57,653 bases of DNA from Octopus bimaculoides (Eukaryota): contig NC_068981.1 in the NCBI RefSeq assembly GCF_001194135.2, positions 124,018,099 through 124,075,751 on the forward strand, given 5' to 3'. Positions 51,340 to 57,653 of this stretch are shown here, one piece after another; within the stretch, counting starts at the first letter, position 1; each line of letters starts with the position of its first letter. The notes below the pieces were generated by a model. It had not been told where the DNA came from. It saw only the letters and a program-made list of their open reading frames with translations, and ran no database searches. The translations under genes were made by a program, and so were the position numbers.

Positions 51340-54300
51340 AAAGTCGTACAAAACAGCGTTGAATAAAATATATTCGTGTAAAGTTGTATTTAACGTGTTC
51401 AAGTATTCTCGGATACGGAAAGAAAGGCCTTTCACTGCAGAAATAGTCTCGTGAGAAAATTCCCTACCTAGCGACATGTTTAAAAACAGACGCATGCATA
51501 CTACGGTCCAACAAGGTCATTCATAGTCCAGTGTGTTTCCACATATGTCGTCCAGGAGGAGAATTTTTCTTCCAGACTATTTCCGAAGCAAAAATTCTTC
51601 TCACGTCCGAATCTACTCGAACATATTGAATATAACTTTACATGAATATACTTGATTCAGTACTGCTGTATACGACTTTAGCTAACTAATTCTAGCTTGA
51701 TCAAGCTTAACGCACATCAGTGAGTATAGTGTTTGCCGTTTTAATATAAGAACGAATTCGTTCTTTTCGGGCTGTGAGGTGCAGATATAGTTTTCGTAAC
51801 TGATAACGTGTAACAACGCAGAGGCAGATGCATTTTACGATCCAATTATGTTATTAATAATCCAGTAACTTTTCTCACATGTCGTCTTGGAGAGGAGTTT
51901 TTACATTGTACGCCTTATCAGTTTCGTTATACCACACACAAAACAAAATGTTTAAAGCATATAAACCTTCTCGGTAAAATATAACTTGGAGTAAATATCT
52001 TCAGGTCCAGCTATGTTAGTGTACTAATAATAACTTAGCAGTTACCAGTGTCAACAGGAAAAGTATGGAAGAGTTGACACAGAAGGCAGAGTTAAAATAA
52101 ATTATTAGCGGTACGGTTAAAAGAAACTGAAGAATTAAACTAACACAAATATGCAAATTAGCTCACGTACACTTCACTGCATATTTGGTCGCTGGAAGCT
52201 GCTTAGAAGTCTGTTTTGGAGACCGTTCCTATTTTTGGGTGTTAGACTTAATCTGCCTTCCAGTTTAAACATTCTTATGGCTTTTAGGTGCTTTTAGGAA
52301 GAATTCTCTCTGTTGCAAGCATTCAGACCAGGTCTCCTGCCTGGGGATAATGTCAGCCCTGAAAATTCTATTAAGCACTGTCCTACTTGCTCTCTTTAAG
52401 CAAGTATATGAAAGAAGTCTACAGTACGTTGCTTTCTACTTGCCTGCATGTTAATTCTTAACCGGAATGAAACGAATTGTAAGGCGAGCTTAAAATAGGG
52501 TGGTAATCCAGGCTGAGTTGCCAAGGTGTTGGGTATGTTTTGTTTTGTTCCATCGGGTTTTTGTTTTGGACATTTAAGAATACAGTAGTTCACCAGTCCA
52601 AACAGTATTATCAGTTACTAGCAGACTCGGACAGAAAATTATCACTGTCCACTAAAGATAATTTATATTCGTCATGATTATTTGATAAGATCTGAAATAA
52701 TATAATAAAAATGTTTTATTATAAAATGCTTATCATTGAAGAAGAAATCAATCTTGGAAGAAATTTACTATACAGGAGCTTATATCATGATACAGCTTCA
52801 GATTTTGGCACAAGGTTAGTAATTTTAAGGGAGCAAGTAATCAATTACGACCTAACGATTCTGCCTGCTCATCGGAACAAATACTGCAATGCTTTTTATC
52901 TGACACTCTACCGTCTTTACTTATCGACTACCTTAGTCCTACATACTCTGCCTGTTGTATGGACGAAATGATCACACCTTGCCTTTATCATACGTCTGTT
53001 GATTCTTAAACAACTAAATAATAATAATTGCCCTGATGCAGTACCAAACACTAGCTCTCATGTCTTCTGTCTTAACTGATTGGAAGTACATTAATTTGTC
53101 TCGGTATAAAAGATAGACTACAGCAAATATTCTGCTCACTACCATAGATTTGTTTGTCAGTTGTTTTACCATAACCAGTTGAGCATGTCCTTTGGTGGCT
53201 GCAATATGTGCATCTCTAATCACAAGTAGGAGTAGTGTGGGAGCATCATAGCCATGTGTTGAGAGGAATTCTTTGGAGTTTGAATAATTCCCCTCTGGAA
53301 ACATGGATGTTTCGTTCAACATCTTTAAACAACACTTATTCAAGGACTATTTGAGCGGGATGAGCTACTCAATCTGAAGAAAATTCTAACTGAGCCCTAC
53401 CTGCAAGGTCATGCGCTGTTTATCTTGATATGAGAACACCATGTCGCGCACATATAGTTGTGATGCATGTGCCTGGTGTACTCCACTGTCACTTTGATGG
53501 CATGCACTGCTCTCACTCAATAATAATATTGAATATGTAAATTCTATGTGTCTTTTTCCTTGCAATTCCTAAATTTCAAAATCAAACTTCTGCCCTATCA
53601 AATATTATAAACAAATGATTATCTCCCTTGCATTAACTATCCGTTAGAGCATATCACGTGTTTAAATATGTATAAAAGTAGTGACTGAAAGAGTTGTAAG
53701 GATGCAAGTCTATTGCGAATAAGAGTTCTCTCCACCGCAGGAAGAAGTGCAAACCAAGCTGACATACAATAGTGAATTAGCCACTATTCTGCGACACCTG
53801 TACGATGTCATTTAACCCCAGGTCGATCAATTGATCAGACATGATGAAAGATATTTCAGCTTTTTCCATCTCCATCAGTAACAATGTTATTTCCTTCATT
53901 CCTAGAAGGTTGAGCGATTTGTATTTGTTCATCTAATAAGTGGCTACCTTGTCGGTAAATTAATGGATCTCCATCGATTTCAACATTGAGTATTCAGTTG
54001 TTCGATGAAATGAACTACCGTCTCATTGAATTAGCATATAAGTAACTGAGTATTCCAGAAACATATATCCTTCACGTGATGAAGCTGGACTTTTGAATTA
54101 CAAGTAAAATCCATCAGACAGGCATCCGCGCAGTTTCCGTCAACCCAATTTCACTTACAGGACTTCGGCTATGGTTTTAAAAAAATGAAAAAATGACACT
54201 TGCTCAAGATACCATGTAGTGAGATCGAACTCAGGATTTCTTAACCATTCGGCCATGCCGTTTTCATTACTTAACTGATCTTCGTTAAGTTTAACTGATT

Positions 54301-54405
54301 TATGATCTTACGCACTGACATTTCACCATATTTCTTTTAACTATCCCCTTTATGTTTCTCTCGGGTGACTGCGTGTACATTGGTGAACTCTATATCTGTC
54401 TAGGC

Positions 54406-54577
54406 CAGTGCTCGGCAACCTTTTTTCCACTTGCGGTACACATATTCTTTTCAAAATTCGGCAGCACACTTCAACTAAAAATATCACTAAAAGTATAGGG
54501 AAAAAATTATTTTCGAGTTACCTAGTATCATCTCATAGCACACCAGTGTGCCGCAGCATACCGGTTGTGGAGCACTG
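54406..54577. mobile_element. 172-bp hAT MITE (Buster/Charlie-like)
   Basis: TIRs cagtgctcggcaacc / ggttgtggagcactg; perfect 8-bp TSD gtcTAggc at 54398-54405 and 54578-54585. Confidence 0.93.
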
Positions 54578-57500
54578 GTCTAGGCGACAGTCACAGCGCA
54601 TTTATCAGCAGCAGGATAAAAACGGTTGACTTCTCGGAGGAGCTGCTTCGTCCAATATCGCAATAGCGATTTATGTTACAAAAACTGAACTGTTCCCTGA
54701 TTTTACACAAAAAGCATTCACTTATTTCCCCCTTCAAATCATTATTACACAAACACAGGTCTATTTTAATGACCCGTGCGAGCACTCCGAGGTCATAAAC
54801 AAATTATATCCAGGGAATAACGCAACTTGATTCATACAATTCTTGGAGTTAGCAATTTATTCGAAACAGAAATTAACTCCCCATTTTGAAACCATTAATT
54901 TTTCTTCTCTTCTCACTCTGCTCTTTTATATATATATATATATATATATNNNNNNNNNNNNNNNNNNNNNNNNNNNNNNNNNNNNNNNNNNNNNNNNNNN
55001 NNNNTATATATAACTCCTTATTCTACACGAATGATTCCAAAAGAAACAAGAAACAATCGAAACTATTAATAAAGCAAGACCGAGTAAGAAGCAATAATGA
55101 AACACAAGAACGTTTAAACTTGATACACGTTTCAAATACATCTTCCGCCATTTTATTTCAGAATTTCTCTTCATAGTTAGAAATAAAGAGTTGATAGCAT
55201 CAGTGAAATTTATCAAAGCCCAAATGTAAAAAGATCTTTTTTCTTTTATTAAATTTTCTTTTAAATTCATTCTTATTTTGATTAGATTTTTTTTATGTTA
55301 TACAAGAACTTTTTCTTCTGATCAACTCCTTAACAAGAGTCGAGACAATGCGCGTGTTAGAGAGAGAGGGAGAGAGACAGACAGACAGACTGTGTAAATG
55401 TGGCCTTAAAATCTACGAAGTCTTTTTTTCTTTAATCTAAAAGCAGTTTAAGTATTCTCGCCTGTGTGGTGTCCAATGGCAATTTAAATGAAATAACACA
55501 CAAAAGTAAACTTATATTTTCTTATTAACTATTAAAATACTTTCTAAAAGTGAAATAAAATACTTATATCACACGAAAAAACCATTTATTCACTTTAAAT
55601 AGCGATTATACTGGTGATAACAATGATTTAACGTGACGGAGTCAAGTCAATCACGTTAAAATTATATTAAAATCATTGAAGGAAACAGAATCCAAGCCTC
55701 TAAATGATAAAATTTTCAAGAATTAAATGAAACATCTATTGTTGATCTTTTACACAAGTTCTTGAAGTCATCAGTTTCATGTTTACATTTCAATAGCTTT
55801 TGCTGGTATGAACATAAAGATGTAAAAAAAAGAAAAAAGCTTTCGATCTACAAGTGATAAATGTCTGTTAAGTATATCTGAGATAAAGATGTAGTTTTAC
55901 TAACCACACGGTTATCATCTTGAAGTTTACTTTTACTACTAGTAATTTTACTAGTTTAAGTTTTAATATTACTATTAGTGGAAAGCAAAGCACGTATCTC
56001 TCTCTGCTTCGTTCCCCAAACAGAATCCACTCCCAGCTTTTAAAAACAAATGTACCAACCAAAATTATCTCGACTATGCAAACATGAAAAATTTAAGATG
56101 ACACAAAACAACTTTTATTATATAGTACCAAAGAATCTGGCTACAATAAATCACTCTTGATCAATAAAAAGTGCTAGATTTAGCCCCAATTAATAGGTAG
56201 AGTTGTTAGAGCAAAGGACGTAATATTTTCAGGTATTTGTTTCTGCCTCCTGAGCACGGCGTTCAAATCTGGTTGAAATCAAATTTGCCTTCCGTCCTTT
56301 CAGGGTCGGTAAAATAATGCGCCAGTTTAGGGCAGCAAAATTGTGAAACTGTTAGTGTAGGACGACGAGATGCCTTATAGTATTTGTTCTGGTTTTTTTA
56401 CGTTCGAGTTCTTGGGTGTAGACTTAATCTGTCGTCCTTTTTGGCATCATCTACTACTTTGGGTGTTCATATTGTTACATGCATTGAGACTAGAGCTCCA
56501 GTTTGAAAGTAACTCGTTCTTGTCTTGGCGGCAGTGACAAAATAAAAGTGAATGTGCGCTGCCCTTCTTCCCTGAGTGAATGATAAAAGAAAATATCTGT
56601 GGAGTGGAGATTAGCATTATTTTACGTCCACTTTCCATGCTAGCATGAGCTGGACGTTTTGACAGGAGTTTCAAACAAAGGCACTTAAGTTACAGTGAGT
56701 ATTTTTCAAAAATGTTCTATTACTAAGTAACTTTGCAGCAAATTCCTTGAGGGACTTTTGAAGAATAATCTTATATATATGCACAGTGCTGTAAAGAAGC
56801 TTGCTTCCCAAACACATGGTTCTGGCTCAAATGTCAGTTTTGGCATGATTTCTACGAATGGATAGATTCCCTTCAACTACTTTAGTGTACAAGTGTACAT
56901 TTTTCGTGGTATCAGCATTAAAGAGGTTGTATGTATGTGTGTATGTATGTATGTATGCATGTTCATAACACAGGCATTTGAATTAATTTTTACAATCCAG
57001 CCGTCCTTTCCTGACAAGATTTCGTCTTCCTGAACCGATTTAGCCTGAAGTGGCTTATATATAATTGAACTGTGATTACGTATATCAGAAAACATACATA
57101 TAAGCCGAAACAATTTACGGTTTTTATAATTATTTATATATGTTATGTTTTATGTTATATACTATATTCTTAGTATTTAATATTGTAATATAAATAAATT
57201 ATTGAATGTCAATAGAATACCTCAAGATTTTAATTTATCTTTATTATTGAATTATGCCAATATTTATATGGTATCCAATTGAAGTACCAGTGAACTGGAT
57301 GTTTAACGCACCCCTTTGAAAGATTTCTTTTCCTCAGTTTGTTACTTTATATATATATGTATGTATGTATATATATTTATATCAGGTCGCTTGAGTGTTA
57401 CTGGTAATATGTAATCCAGTACAACATTGTCGGCAACTAACCTGGAAGCCTCACCAGGCTTGCTTGGTGAGGAGGGTGTTGTTGGACACCCTGCGGAATG

Positions 57501-57611
57501 AAAAATAAGACCTGTCAAAGGGCGGATGAACTCCTGAACAGCCAACGGCCATCCAACAAAATGTCTGTAAATATGTATATATCTTTTTTTTTTCTTATAT
57601 TTTTACTTTTA

Positions 57612-57653
57612 CATCATCATCATCATCATCATCGTTTAACGTCCGCTTTCCAT
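57612..57653 (-). mobile_element. 3' tail of a retroelement ending in (GAT)n
   Basis: (cat)n-cgtttaacgtccgctttccat; related sequence at 56622-56665. Confidence 0.55.

Noticed and set aside
53014-53343. 109-aa ORF with protein-like composition
   Set aside because: No recognisable domain, and it overlaps sequence that looks like a dispersed repeat; unsupported as a gene

Overview
Repeat-dense, AT-rich eukaryotic (animal) DNA with about 14 N-gaps and many microsatellites. The SINE families look like those of octopus/cephalopods; that is inference from recalled repeat sequences, not a search result. No host protein-coding gene can be confidently supported, and most ORF-track entries are translated microsatellites or gaps. 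Recognisable content: (1) decayed transposons, namely a Helitron, R4/Dong-clade RLE LINEs, a Penelope-like element (RT + GIY-YIG), two mariners and a maT-like Tc1/mariner; (2) non-autonomous elements, namely a hAT MITE, a DINE-1/Helentron-like element and a 1.6-kb foldback; (3) at least four tRNA-derived SINE families. Most interesting: a tRNA-headed SINE carrying an intact minimal type I hammerhead ribozyme (24335-24642, minus), further Penelope-type hammerhead motifs, an unexplained 69%-GC highly structured island beside it (24728-24945), and a 5S rRNA-derived segment fused to a SINE tail (20400-20543).
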